This document shows positions 50,917 to 64,000 of a stretch of DNA of 64,000 nucleotides, one piece after another. This stretch comes from Octopus vulgaris (taxonomy: Eukaryota), in the NCBI GenBank assembly GCA_951406725.2, contig OX597839.1:33790001-33854000 (forward strand). The letters run 5' to 3'. The position numbers and the translations under genes are program-made. The notes under the pieces were generated by a model, which saw nothing but the letters and a program-made list of their open reading frames with translations, had not been told where the DNA came from and made no database searches. Numbering within the stretch: the stretch's first letter is position 1; each line of letters starts with the position of its first letter.

Positions 50917-51442
50917 ACAATCAAGGAACGGCCATAATAGGCCATACACCCACTAGAAATAACAGCCAATGCTACAACCGCAAATAAAAATTAATTCCGT
51001 AAAACAGGAGAAAATTTAAAAAACATTTACCCTGTAATTTCTTATACGATATACCGTTTCATCTGCTGATTAATGGTAAACTAACCTGATTAAAATTAAA
51101 TCAAGCCAATCTTCCACAGGCCCTCAGATTCTTCAGTAAGAAATAGCCCAAGTCGGAACAGATATTTTCACGAGGCATTTCCGACCTTGCCAAGTTTATA
51201 TCTGACCTAAAATTTTCAAATCGTCGCACTCGCGCCAAATTTATCGGCAGCAAATAAATATAAGCCGTCGATTCCATTACGGAATTAACCAGAAAATTCA
51301 TAATTAATCAATATAGGGTGGCAAAAAAAATTTTGTAGAATTTTTTTGCCACCAGCGGCCTAGTGGGAAAAAATTAAATAGTCAATTGACTATTTTCTCC
51401 TGGTTTACGGAATTAATTTTTATTTGCTAATTATATTGATTA

Positions 51443-51509
<67 letters not shown>

Positions 51510-52582
51510 TGTGTGTGTTTGTCCCCCCCTAGCATTACTTGACAACCGATGCTGGTGTGTTTATGTCCCCATTACTTAGCGGCTCGGCAAAAGAGACCGA
51601 TAGAATAAGTACTGGGCTTACAAAAGAATAAGTCCCGGGGTCGAGTTGCTCGATTAAAGGCGGTGCTCCAGCATGGCCGCAATCAAATGACTGAAACAAG
51701 TAAGAGTAAAAGAGTAAAGAGTCTCCTTTGGTCATGCTTGGCAATATAACAGGCAGGGCCAGCTCAAGGTACTGGCAACTCTGGCAGTCATCAAGGGTGC
51801 CATGTGCTAGGGGTCGCCAAGGAGGGCGTGACAAAGAGGAAATTTCCACAACTATCAGCTTGTACATGCCGAAGCTCAGCTTGCATGGGGCACCAGCAAT
51901 TCTAGGGCCGGCCCTGATAACTGGAAAGTGTAATCACAGCTGCTCCGGATAGGACTTTATGGGCATAGAACCTAAGGACTCTATCCTTATAACTCTTGAA
52001 GAAATAGGGGGTAGAGAAAATGGATGGATAGATACAGTACAGCTCCAGTACTAGTGACATTCTATGCGCGCACACACACACACACACACATATACATACA
52101 TGTATAACAAACACCATGTAACTAACACCATCCGATCGTGGCCGTTGCCAGCCTCGCCTGGCCTCCATTCCAGTGGCACATAAAAAGCACCATCCGACCG
52201 TGGCCGTTCGCCAGCCTCGCCTGGCCCCTGTGCCGGTGGCACGTAAAAAGCACCATCCGATCGTGGCCCTTGCCATCCTCGCCTGGCCTCCGTGCCGGTG
52301 GCACGTAAAAAGCACCCACTACACTCATGGAATGGTTGGTGTTAGGAAGGGCATCCAGCCGTAGAAACATTGCCAGATCAGACTGGAGCTTGGTGCAGCC
52401 TTGTGGCTTCCCAGACCCCAGTTGAACCGTCCCACCCATGCTAGCATGGAAAGTGGACGCTAAATGATGATGATGATGATATTTACATACACACACATAC
52501 ATTAGATTAGAATGTCGTAGGGAAGCACCAAAAGACAGATTCCTCAAAGTGAGCCAACTGGCCAGAGACTTAGGATGAGGTA

Positions 52583-53412
52583 GGAGAGTCCAGTTTGCTG
52601 GACATTGTTGTAGAGCTGAAAACGAGGCAATTTCTACTCTTCTCCTCTGGAAGCCATCTGCTCGTGATACCAGAGGGCGCACACTCTCCTACCCTGATGT
52701 AATCCCCAGGGATACAGGCATCCAGCAACAGGACCTCCGTAATGATGGACCGTGAAATCTGGCGTGGCATAGTAAGTTCCATTGTCTCGACCACGGTCGA
52801 ACAATGAATGATGATATATATACATAGATATATATACACATACACACATAGACACGTTAAAAGTCCAGACACATAGAAGAGTCCAGTTTGCTGGACATTG
52901 TTGTAGCGCTGAAAACGAGGCAATTTCTACTCTTCTCCTCTGGAAGCCATCCGCTCGTGATACCAGAAGGCGCACACTCTCCTACCCTGATGTAATCTCC
53001 AGGGATACAGGCATCCAGCAACAGGACTTCCGTAATGCTATGATGGACCGTGAGGTCTGGCGTAGCATAATAAATCCCATTGTCTCGACCACGGTCGAAC
53101 AATGAATGATGATATATATACATACATATATATATACACATACACACATAGACACGTTAAAAGTCCAGACACATAGAAGAGTCCAGTTTGCTGGACATTG
53201 TTGTAGCGCTGAAAACGAGGCAATTTCTACTCTTCTCCTCTGGAAGCCATCCGCTCGCGATACCAGAAGGCGCACACTCTTCTACCCTGATGTAATCTCC
53301 AGGGATACAGGCATCCAGCAACAGGACCTCCGTAATGCTATGATGGACCGTGAGGTCTGGCGTAGCATAGTAAATTCCATTGTCTCGACCATGGTCGAAC
53401 AATGATGATGAT
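52583..53412 (+). mobile_element. Three tandem copies (~300 bp) of the LINE 3' end also nested at 18644
   Basis: gagtccagtttgctggacattg...ggtcgaacaatga occurs three times. Confidence 0.85.
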
Positions 53413-53724
53413 AGGATGAGACAAGAGACAAGAATGGAGTATCTGGATAACATCCAGAGCTGCAGTTGGTCATGCTTAAAATCAAGCCAGAAAATGAAGT
53501 GACAGTTGCCACTGATAGGACCCTATGGAGGGGGTGCTTCGGGGCTCTATTCCCATGACCTTTCCAGGAATCATAGGTGGCAAAAATAGCTAGAAGGATG
53601 AAAAAGAGAGGAAAGTGAAACTGATTTCACCAGGGATTGAACTTGGTATCGCTTGACATAGCTCAAAGCATTTTATTTTGGCAGTTTACCAAGTCTGCCG
53701 CCCCCTTCTATCCTTTTTCTTCCT

Positions 53725-54270
53725 ATAATAATAATAATAATAATGATAACAATAAATGCCTTGATGCAGTACCAGGCAGTGGCTCTCATGGCTTCTGATC
53801 TTAACTGATTGGAAGTGTTATCATGTACATTGTTTTGTCTTGGTATATAAAAGATGGCCTACAGCAAATATTCTGCTCAATACCACAGATTTGCTTGTCA
53901 GTTGTTTGACCTTAACCAGTTGACCATGTCTCTTAGTGGCTGACGATATGTGCATCTCTGATCACGAGCAGAAGTAGTGGGGGAGCATCATAGCCATGTG
54001 TTGAGAGGGATTCTTTGGGGATTGAATAATTCACCTCTGGAAAAAAGTGTTTCGTTCAACATCCTTAAACAACCCTTATTCAGGGACCTTTTGAGCAGGA
54101 TGGGTTACTCGACCAGAAGAAAATTCTAACTGAGCCCCACCTGCAAGGTCATGTGCTGTTTATCTTGATATGAGATCACCATGTCGCGCACATATGGTTG
54201 TGATGCATGTGCCTAGTGTACTCTTATCAGACGGGTAGTCATGATGGGTATACTGGGCTTTGTATACCCG
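53725..54270 (-). mobile_element. Interspersed repeat with (TTA)n tail
   Basis: Reverse complement of ~19925-20128. Confidence 0.65.
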
Positions 54271-54454
54271 TTTGTAATTGTTATATTTTGATGGCAGGAC
54301 GCAGTCTATCAGTTCTCTGATAATGGGATTGATGTGTTTTCTGTTCCTTAATCCTTAAAGCATCCTGATTAAAAGGGACAAAGTCAGAAGCCACATTCTG
54401 TCATTCCTTTACCAAAACTTACATCCATTCATCCCGACTACCCTCTCATTCCTT

Positions 54455-55495
54455 CCCTCTTTCGTCCATGAATTCTTTCCCCTCTCTCTTTCATTTATAA
54501 ATTCTTTCCCCTCTCTCATTCGTCCATAAATTCTTTCCCTCTCTCTTTCATAAATTCTTTCCCCTCTCTCTTTCATTTATAAATTCTTTCCCCTCTCTCT
54601 TTCCACTCTCATTCGTCCATAAATTCTTTCCACTCTCATTCGTCCATAAATTCTTTCCACTCTCATTCGTCCATAAATTCTTTCCACTCTCATTCGTCCA
54701 TAAATTCTTTCCCCTCTCTCTTTCATCCATAAATTCTTTCCTCTCTCATTCGTCCATAAATTCTTTCCACTCTCATTCGTCCATAAATTCTTTCCACTCT
54801 CATTCGTCCATAAATTCTTTCCACTCTCATTCGTCCATAAATTCTTTCCCCTCTCTCTTTCATCCATAAATTCTTTCCTCTCATTCGTCCATAAATTCTT
54901 TCCACTCTCATTCGTCCATAAATTCTTTCCACTCTCATTCGTCCATAAATTCTTTCCACTCTCATTCGTCCATAAATTCTTTCCACTCTCATTCGTCCAT
55001 AAATTCTTTCCTCTCTCATTCGTCCATAAATTCTTTCCACTCTCATTCGTCCATAAATTCTTTCCCCTCTCTCTTTCATCCATAAATTCTTTCCTCTCTC
55101 ATTCTTCCATAAATTCTTTCCCCTCTCTCTTTCATCCATAAATTCTTTCCTCTCTCATTCGTCCATAAATTCTTTCCTCTCTCATTCGTCCATAAATTCT
55201 TTCCACTCTCATTCGTCCATAAATTCTTTCCCCACTCTCATTCGTCCATAAATTCTTTCCCCCCTCTCTCTTTCATCCATAAATTCTTTCCTCTCTCATT
55301 CGTCCATAAATTCTTTCCACTCTCATTCGTCCATAAATTCTTTCCTCTCTCATTCGTCCATAAACTCTTTCCCCTCTCATTCGTCCATAAATTCTTTCCC
55401 CTCTCTCTTTCATTTATAAACTCTTTCCCCTCTCATTCGTCCATAAATTCTTTCCACTCTTTCTTCCATAAATTCTTTCCCCTCTCTCTCATTCT
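54455..55495. repeat. ~27-bp minisatellite tcattcgtccataaattctttccactc
   Basis: Directly visible tandem units. Confidence 0.93.
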
Positions 55496-55907
55496 CTCTC
55501 TCTTTCATTCATTAATTTCTTCCACCCCCCACCCCCAGTTCACTCGCTCATTCATCCAAATATTCCCATACCCTCTCATTCACTCATTTACCTGTCTGCT
55601 ATTCATTCATTCGCTCATTCACATTCTCACCGTTATTCCAGTTTAAGCCACTCTTCACCCCCACCCCCACCCCACCCCCACCCACCCAGCCACACACCCA
55701 CACGTTCACACATTGCTTTTGATTCCCCACCCCCATTCACTCCCAACTTTCATTCACTTCCTTATGCAATATGTACACCACTGTTTACACTCCTGTCTCT
55801 GTGTGTGTGTGTGTATTTGTGTGTGTGTTTGTAATTGTGTGACTGTGTGCATTTGTGTGTGAATGTGTGAATGTGTGTAAATGTGTACACGTGTGTATGT
55901 GTGTGTG

Positions 55908-55938
<31 letters not shown>

Positions 55939-56171
55939 ATATATGTATGTGTGTGTGTGTGTATATATGTGTGTGTGTGTGTGTATATATGTATGTGTGT
56001 GTGTGTGTATATATGTATGTGTGTGTGTGTGTATATATGTATGTGTGTGTGTGTGTATATACGTATGTGTGTGTGTATATACGTATGTGTGTGTATATAT
56101 ATGTGTGTGTGTGTATATATATGTGTGTGTGTGTATATATGTGTGTGTGTGTGTATATATGTGTGTGTGTG

Positions 56172-56270
<99 letters not shown>

Positions 56271-56366
56271 TCAAAAATATAAGGAATGGCCATAATAGGA
56301 CATTCGACTCACTAGAAAGAACAGCCAAACTCAAACCGCTAATAGTTGTAATACATATATATATAT

Positions 56367-56655
56367 ATTCTGTTGTGTCTGGGGAGAGTCATTTTATTTT
56401 TGTGCCTTATAATTTAACACACTTAACGGTAAAATTTTCACTTATTTCTTATTTTTATTTTCCTGAAATTTTCGTTGCGTCTTGCAACCTTTTCAAGAGT
56501 CTTGAAAGAGTCAAGAGTCAAGACTATTGAAAAGGTTGCAAGACGCAACGAAAATTTTAGAAAATAAAAATAAGAAATAAGTGGAAATTTTACCGGTGAG
56601 TGTGTTACATAATAAGGCACTAAAAGAGAATGACTCTCCCCAGACACAACAGAAT
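56367..56655. repeat. ~130-bp imperfect inverted repeat with a hammerhead-like motif in each arm
   Basis: attctgttgtgtctggggagagtc is mirrored by gactctccccagacacaacagaat. Motif cta-TTGAAAA-g-gttgc(aagac)gcaac-GAAA-at-TT-tag at 56524-56560. Confidence 0.8.
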
Positions 56656-57519
56656 GTGCTTCAACACACGAACTCATATAAAGAATCCTGCAAACCAAAA
56701 ACGAAATATATATATATATCTCGCCCTTGGACCCGACGAGACCTCCCGCCCGTTCCTGGGATGTCGCTTGTCGTTGGGTTTTCCCACGCCCGTCTCCGCG
56801 GGACCACTCTTCCATCTTCCCCTCCGCTGGAGTCCTTTTCCTAAACCCCCCTTTTTTTTCGTTACACACACGCGCACACATATACACACATTGCTTAAAC
56901 ATATACATTACTCTTACACACATTCAATCTACTCGCCACTAATACTACCACGACACTGGACACACACACACACTACTACTCAACACACGCTGGCACGCTA
57001 CATACGCCCCCACCCCTTCCCCTCCCTCCCTTCCTCCTTCCTCCCTTTTCTCACTACTGACCTTTGTCTGCTATGCTGCTGCTATGCTGACCACCGTCTC
57101 GCCCTACCTCACACGCTACACACAGACGCACACACTAACACATACATATATTTTTTGTTTTTTTACCTCGCCTCACACACACACACATACACACACGCAC
57201 ACGCACACACTCACACATACACACACATCTGTTGCGTTACCAACCTTGTCTCCACTCTTTTGCCTTTAAAAACCCACTTTGCTCTTGTTATCGTAAACAT
57301 CCGCCTTTCACCATGTGCTACTCCTAACACCAGTCGTTTTTTTCTCTATCTCCGTTGCCCGCTCCGGGATCTTTCTTTCCTCTCTCTTCCTTCTTTATGT
57401 TTCCGACGAAGAGCTCCGCTCGAAACGTCATACCTCCCTGCTTCCATTTCCTGAGCGCCTATTAATAATAATACTGTAATTGTTCCATTGTTGTTGTTTT
57501 TTTGTTTCCCGTTTGGATT

Positions 57520-57557
<38 letters not shown>

Positions 57558-57628
57558 TTAATTTTACACAATGTATAGTAAAAGGATGAGAGACAGAAAC
57601 TGGAATTGATGAAACTCTTTATTCAGAT

Positions 57629-57728
57629 CCACTACAATCGTTTCGACTCCTGCACCCATACCTGATAAGTGAAATACTGTACAATTGATTGTCATGCCTT
57701 TTAGGTGCACATGCTTCTCCTCAGGTGG
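57629..57728 (-). ncRNA. Hammerhead-ribozyme motif with canonical core and extended helix II
   Basis: ccac-CTGAGGA-ga..tgcacc(...)ggtgca..tc-GAAAC-gatt-GTA-gtgg. Confidence 0.55.
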
Positions 57729-58653
57729 CTTTTCAAAAAGTACCTCGTTTAAAAATTTTTTTTTACATTTTGTTTCGCTTATTTCTATAACAATACATTT
57801 TAGTTAGTGTAACATCCCATCCGTATGCGTGTGTGTGTATGTATGCATGTATGCCTCTATGTATGCGTGTTTGTGTCTATGGATGTATGTACGTGTGAAT
57901 GAATTGTAAGGACGCGTGATCATAGAAATGACCAGAGCTGTTTAACACACACACACACACACACACACACATTTCTGACACAATAACACACTTTTTTTAT
58001 GTAGGTAAAAAGTAAAAACTGATGCACCCACACGACTGGATTCATCATTTTCCTTTTTACCTACATAAAAAAGTATGTTATTGTCTCTGAGACTTTTATG
58101 GTAGTTGAAAAGACATTAGCATCTATTTCTAATTCAGTACATGGCAAGGCCCGTAGCGGATCCCTGGTTATAATTATGTATATAATTATAGAATATTTTA
58201 TATATATTTATTCATATATATATATTTTATATATATCCATTCAAAATGTGACCGCGTGTGTACCGTTGGCAATTTTTTTTTTTTTTTTTCTCTGTCTTCC
58301 CTTTTCTGGATCTTTCCTTCTCCTATGTTTCCGACAAAGAGCTCCGCTCGAAACGTTAAACCCCCCTCCTTCCCTTCCCTCCTGAACGTCCAATAATACT
58401 ATATTTGTTCCACGTCCTCGCGTTGTTGTGTTTTTTTGTGCTTTCTTGTTTGGATTAACTGTATATCATCATCATCGTTTAACGTCCGTTTTCCGCGCTA
58501 GCACGGGTTGGACGGTTTGACCTGGGTCTGGGAAGCCAGGAGGCTGCACCAGGCTCCAGTCTGATCTGGCAGTGTTTCTACAGCTGGATGCCCTTCCTAA
58601 CGCCAACCACTCCGCGAGTGTAGTGGGTGCTTTTTACGTGCCACCTGCACAGG

Positions 58654-58692
<39 letters not shown>

Positions 58693-59311
58693 CATACACA
58701 CACACATGCAAAACACATATACATACATACAGATGCACACACATACACATGCACACACACATACAGATAAGTGTAGACACAGTTGGTCAACCTGCTGGAA
58801 ATAGCAAGCTCGGGGCTAAAGTGGAAGATACTTTGCCCAAGGTGCCACACAGTAAGACTGAACCTGAAACCACACGGTTTGCAAAGCGGGTTTGTTAACA
58901 ACGCAACCACTACCACATGTCTGCGTACACACACACCCACACACACACCTCTTAGTCCCTCTCTCCTCTCCTCTCCTCTCCTATTAGTTATCCATGCACT
59001 TTTCACTATTGTTGCTATTTTTCTTCACTTACTATTTCACTCCCTCTGTTCCCTGGTTTTACCCTCTTCTGATGATATCTGTAGGTCTGTGTGTGTGTGT
59101 GTGTGTTGTGTGTGCAACTATTAATTTGCCTGTACGGCTTTACGCATGGGGCCGCTAACATTATTTTTAGAAATATTGTTCTTTTATATACATCATATCT
59201 ATATCTATATATCTATATCTATATATCTATATATATATATATCTATCTATATATACATCTATCTATATATACATCTATCTATATATACATCTATCTATAT
59301 ACATCTATCTA

Positions 59312-59848
<537 letters not shown>

Positions 59849-59869
59849 ATCTATATATATATATCTATA

Positions 59870-59933
<64 letters not shown>

Positions 59934-60144
59934 ATATGTATATATCTATGAGTGGATGTGGTAGAGGGAAACTGAAATGAAGCCCCTTGTGTGTATGCAC
60001 ACACACACACACACACACACACGTATATATTTGCGTCTTCTCCTCTGTGTTTGTCCCCCACCCCCGCCAGTGCTTGACAACCGATGCTGATGTCTTTACA
60101 TCCCCCCCCCCCCGTAACTTAGCAGTTCAGCAAAAGAGACCGAT

Positions 60145-60600
60145 AGAATAAAATGCCTCGGGGCTTACACAGCTATAAGTCCTGTGGTCGATTTCTTCAA
60201 CTAGAACCCCTTTAAGGCTGTGCCCCAGCCTGGCCACAGTCAAACGGCTGAAGCAAATAGAATAAAATGCCCCGGGCTTACACAGCTATAAGTCCTGTGG
60301 TCGATTTCTTCAACTAGAACCCCTTTAAGGCGGTGCCCCAGCCTGGCCACAGTCAAACGGCTGAAGCAAATAGAATAAAATGCCCCGGGCTTACACAGCT
60401 ATAAGTCCTGTGGTCGATTTCTTCAACTAGAACCCCTTTAAGGCGGTGCCCCAGCCTGGCCACAGTCAAACGGCTGAAGCAAATAGAATAAAATGCCCCG
60501 GGCTTACACAGCTATAAGTCCTGTGGTCGATTTCTTCAACTAGAACCCCTTTAAGGCGGTGCTCCAGCCTGGCCACAGTTATACGGCTGAAGCAAATAAA
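60145..60600 (+). repeat. Four ~115-bp tandem copies of a SINE family 1 tail
   Basis: gggcttacacagctataagtcctgtgg...cggctgaagcaaata occurs four times. Confidence 0.88.
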
Positions 60601-61731
60601 AGGATGTGTGTGTGTGTATTTGCGTGACCCCACCCACCACGGCTTCAGTAAATTATTCTGTATCCAAGGCATACCATTACGTAATGGCGTGGGTATTAAA
60701 AATAGCCATATTGAAATGCTTTCTCTGTGTGTGTTTGGAAGCGTGGGCGGCTGTCTTTATCTTATCTGACATGTTGTCTTGTAGAACGACTGTGTGTGTG
60801 TGTCTGTATTATTGTGGTTAGTGTGTATTTGTATGTGGTTTCGTGTGTGCAGAGAGTATGCAATTCGTATGTGCAGCATGCATGCACACAATGTACTTTT
60901 TGTGTGCATGAGTGCAAGAGTGGCTGTGTGGTAAGTAGCTTGCTAACCAGCCACATGGTTCCGAGTTCAGTCCCACTGCGTGGCATCTTGGGCAAGTGTC
61001 TTCTGCTATAGCCCCGGGCCGACCAATGCCTTGTGAGTGGATTTGGTAGACGGAAACTGAAAGAAGCCTGTCGTATATATGTATATATATATGTATATAT
61101 ATACATATATATATATATGTGTATGTGTGCATGTATGTTTGTGTGTCTGTGTTTGTCCCCCTAGCATTGCTTGACAACCGATGCTGCTGTGTTTACGTCC
61201 CCATAACTTAGCGGTTCGGCAAAAGAGACCGATAGAATAAGTACTGGGCTTACAAAGAATAAGTACTGGGCTTACAAAGAATAAGTCCCGGGGTCGAGTT
61301 GCTCGATTAGAGGTGGTGCTCCAGCATGGCCGCAGTCAAATGACTGAAACAAGAAAAAGAGTAAAGAGTATGTGAAGTGTTTGGGTGTGGTTGGGGGGGG
61401 GCATGGGTGTCCCTTTTTCTTGTTGCCCAGCCTTTGTGGTCCTTTATTGCAACCAGGACAGTCGTGATTTAGGTACAGCTACAATAGCCATGCTAATTCT
61501 GCCTCCCTCCTCCCCCGCCACTTCTTCCTCTTTCATTCATAGATTGACGAAGTCTTTCACTCATAAGTATGGTATTAGGGACATTTAGTTGCTATTTCTA
61601 GCTGGCCATGTATGTATGTGTGTGTGTATGCATGCATGCATGGGTGAATGTGAGCATGCATGCATGGGTGAATGTGAGCATGCATGCATGCATTGTGCAT
61701 GCATACTTAGATATATGTATATATTCATGTA

Positions 61732-61771
<40 letters not shown>

Positions 61772-62208
61772 CATATATATATATATAGGTATGCATATGT
61801 GTATTCATATATATAGGCGCAGGAGTGGCTGTGTGGTAAGTAGCTTGCTAACCAATCACATGGTTCCGGGTTCAGTCCCACTGCGTGGCACCTTGGGCAA
61901 GTGTCTTCTGCTATAGCCCCGGGCCGACCAATGCCTTGTGAGTGGATTTGGTAGACGGAAACTGAAAGAAGCCTGTCGTATATATATATATATGTATATA
62001 TGTATGTGTGTGTTTGTTTGTGTGTCTGTGTTTGTCCCCCTAGCATTGCTTGACAACCAATGCTGGTTTGTTTACGTCCCCAATAGAATAAGTACTGGGC
62101 TTACAAAGAATAAGTCCCGGGGCCGAGTTGCTCGACTAAAGGCGGTGCTCCAGCATGGCCGCAGTCAAATGACTGAAACAAGTAAAAGAGTATATGTATG
62201 CATATCAT

Positions 62209-62248
<40 letters not shown>

Positions 62249-64000
62249 CGCAGGAGTAGCTGTGTGGTAAGTAGCTAGCTTACCAACCACATGGTTCCAA
62301 GTTCAGTCCCACTGCGTGGCACCTTGGGCAAGTGTCTTCTACTATAGCCTTAGTCCAACCAAAGCCTTGTGAGTGGATTTGGTAGATGGAAACTGAAAGA
62401 AGCCTGTCTTGTATATGTATATATATATATATCTATGTGTGTGTGTGTGTGTGTGTTTGTGCTTTTGTCTTTGTTCCTCCACCATCACTTGACAAGTGAT
62501 GTTGGTGTATTTGTTGTAACTTAGTGGTTCGGCAGAAGAAACCGATAGAATAAGTACTCGGCTTACAAAAAACAAGCCTTAGGTTCGATGTGTTCGACTA
62601 AAGGCAGTGCTCCAGCATGGCCATACTCAAATGACTAAAACAAATAATAGAATATGTGTGTGTGTATTTGGGAAAGGGATTAAGTCGGTTACATCGGCCC
62701 CAATGTGCAACTGGTACTTATTATTTAATCGACCCCGAAATGATGGAAGGCAAAGTCGACCTTGGTGGAATTTGATCTCAGAACATGGAGATGGTTGAAA
62801 TGCCGCAAAGCATTTGGCCCAGCATGCTAACGGTCCTGCCAGCTTGCCACCTTAGTAATAATAATAATAGTAACCTTAGTACTGGAATCATGAGGCCTTA
62901 AATTTGGGGTGAAGGGATTAACCCTTTAGCATTCAGATTATTCTGTCAAATGTAAAGCTTATGTGTTCACACCATGTAAAATTAATCTTGCATCATTTCA
63001 TGGCTTTGAGATTTCAATGATGTGATTGTTTATTTTTAAAATGACACAATAAGATAGCTATGAATGACCATATCTGACTAGTTTGAACATAAAATAGGTA
63101 GAATATTTTGGCCGGTTTAAACACTAAAGGGTTAAATCGGTTTGGACTAGTGAGACCATAACCCGTGGCCTCTACCTGGGACGTAGCCAGTCCACTTATG
63201 CATACCTTTCCTCCTTGGGACACAGAACTCTACTTGTGAAGACCTGTTGAGGCAAGTGAAAATCAAAATCAAAATCGATCAACATCAATGGAAATTGTAG
63301 CTGTGATACCAGTGCCGGTGGCACGTAAGAGAACCATTCGAACGTGGCTGTTGCCAGCGCCGACCCGACTGGCCTCCGTGCTGGTGGCATGTAAAAAGCA
63401 CCATCCGATTGTGGCCGTTTGCCAGCCTCATCTGGCCCCCATGCCGGTGGCACGTAAAAGGCACCATCCGATCGTGGCCGTTTGCCAGCCTCATCTGGCC
63501 CCCGTGCTGGTGGCACGTAAAAAGCACCATCCGACCGTGGCCGTTTGCCAGCCTCGTCTGGCACCTGTGCAGGTGGCACGTAAAAAGCACCCACTACACT
63601 CACGGAGTGGTTGGCGTTAGGAAGGGCATCCAGCTGTAGAAACACTGCCAGATCAGACTGGAGCCTGGCGCAGCCTCCTGGATTCCCAGACCCCAGTTGA
63701 ACCGTCCAACCCATGCTACCATGGAAAATGGACGTTAAACGATGATGATGATGATGATCAACCCCCAGTGCATAACTGGTACTTATTTAACTGACCCCGA
63801 AAGGATGAAAGGCAAAGTCAATTTGTTTAGTAACCATGACAAGTTTGAGTTAGGGTTCGGTCCCTATGGGTGGTACCCTGGACAGGTGGCTTCTAAGGTA
63901 ACCTCGGGTAAAACTAACATCTTGTGAGTGGAATTTGGTTGGTGGATACTGTATGGAAGACAATTATGTGTGTGTGTTTGTCAACTTTGGCAGAATTTGA

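Overview
Repeat-rich eukaryotic DNA. The tRNA-SINE, RTE-tail and microsatellite families look like Octopus (cephalopod); this is recognition from memory, not a database result. The first ~24 kb hold a tandem, minus-strand cluster of single-ORF CARD-caspase genes. All carry a non-canonical active site, (V/I)NTCQ instead of QACxG. The cluster contains two intact putative proteases (2314-3366, 23245-24186), one copy with a 1-nt frameshift (11323-12364), one pseudo-caspase with catalytic Cys>Tyr (7927-9039), one CARD-only ORF made by deletion of the protease domain (5163-5507), two decayed CARD copies, and a further copy cut by the window edge. This enzyme + dead enzyme + CARD-only set resembles the primate CASP1/CARD16-18 locus and c-FLIP. 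Paralog CARDs differ only at non-synonymous codons, and an ETS-IRF-type motif sits upstream of each start. The remaining ~40 kb is mostly SINEs, LINE fragments, a satellite-carrying Helitron, tandem repeats and Penelope-like fold-back ends. Several of these ends contain minimal hammerhead-ribozyme motifs with compensatory core changes. Most ORFs in the supplied track are microsatellite or repeat artefacts.
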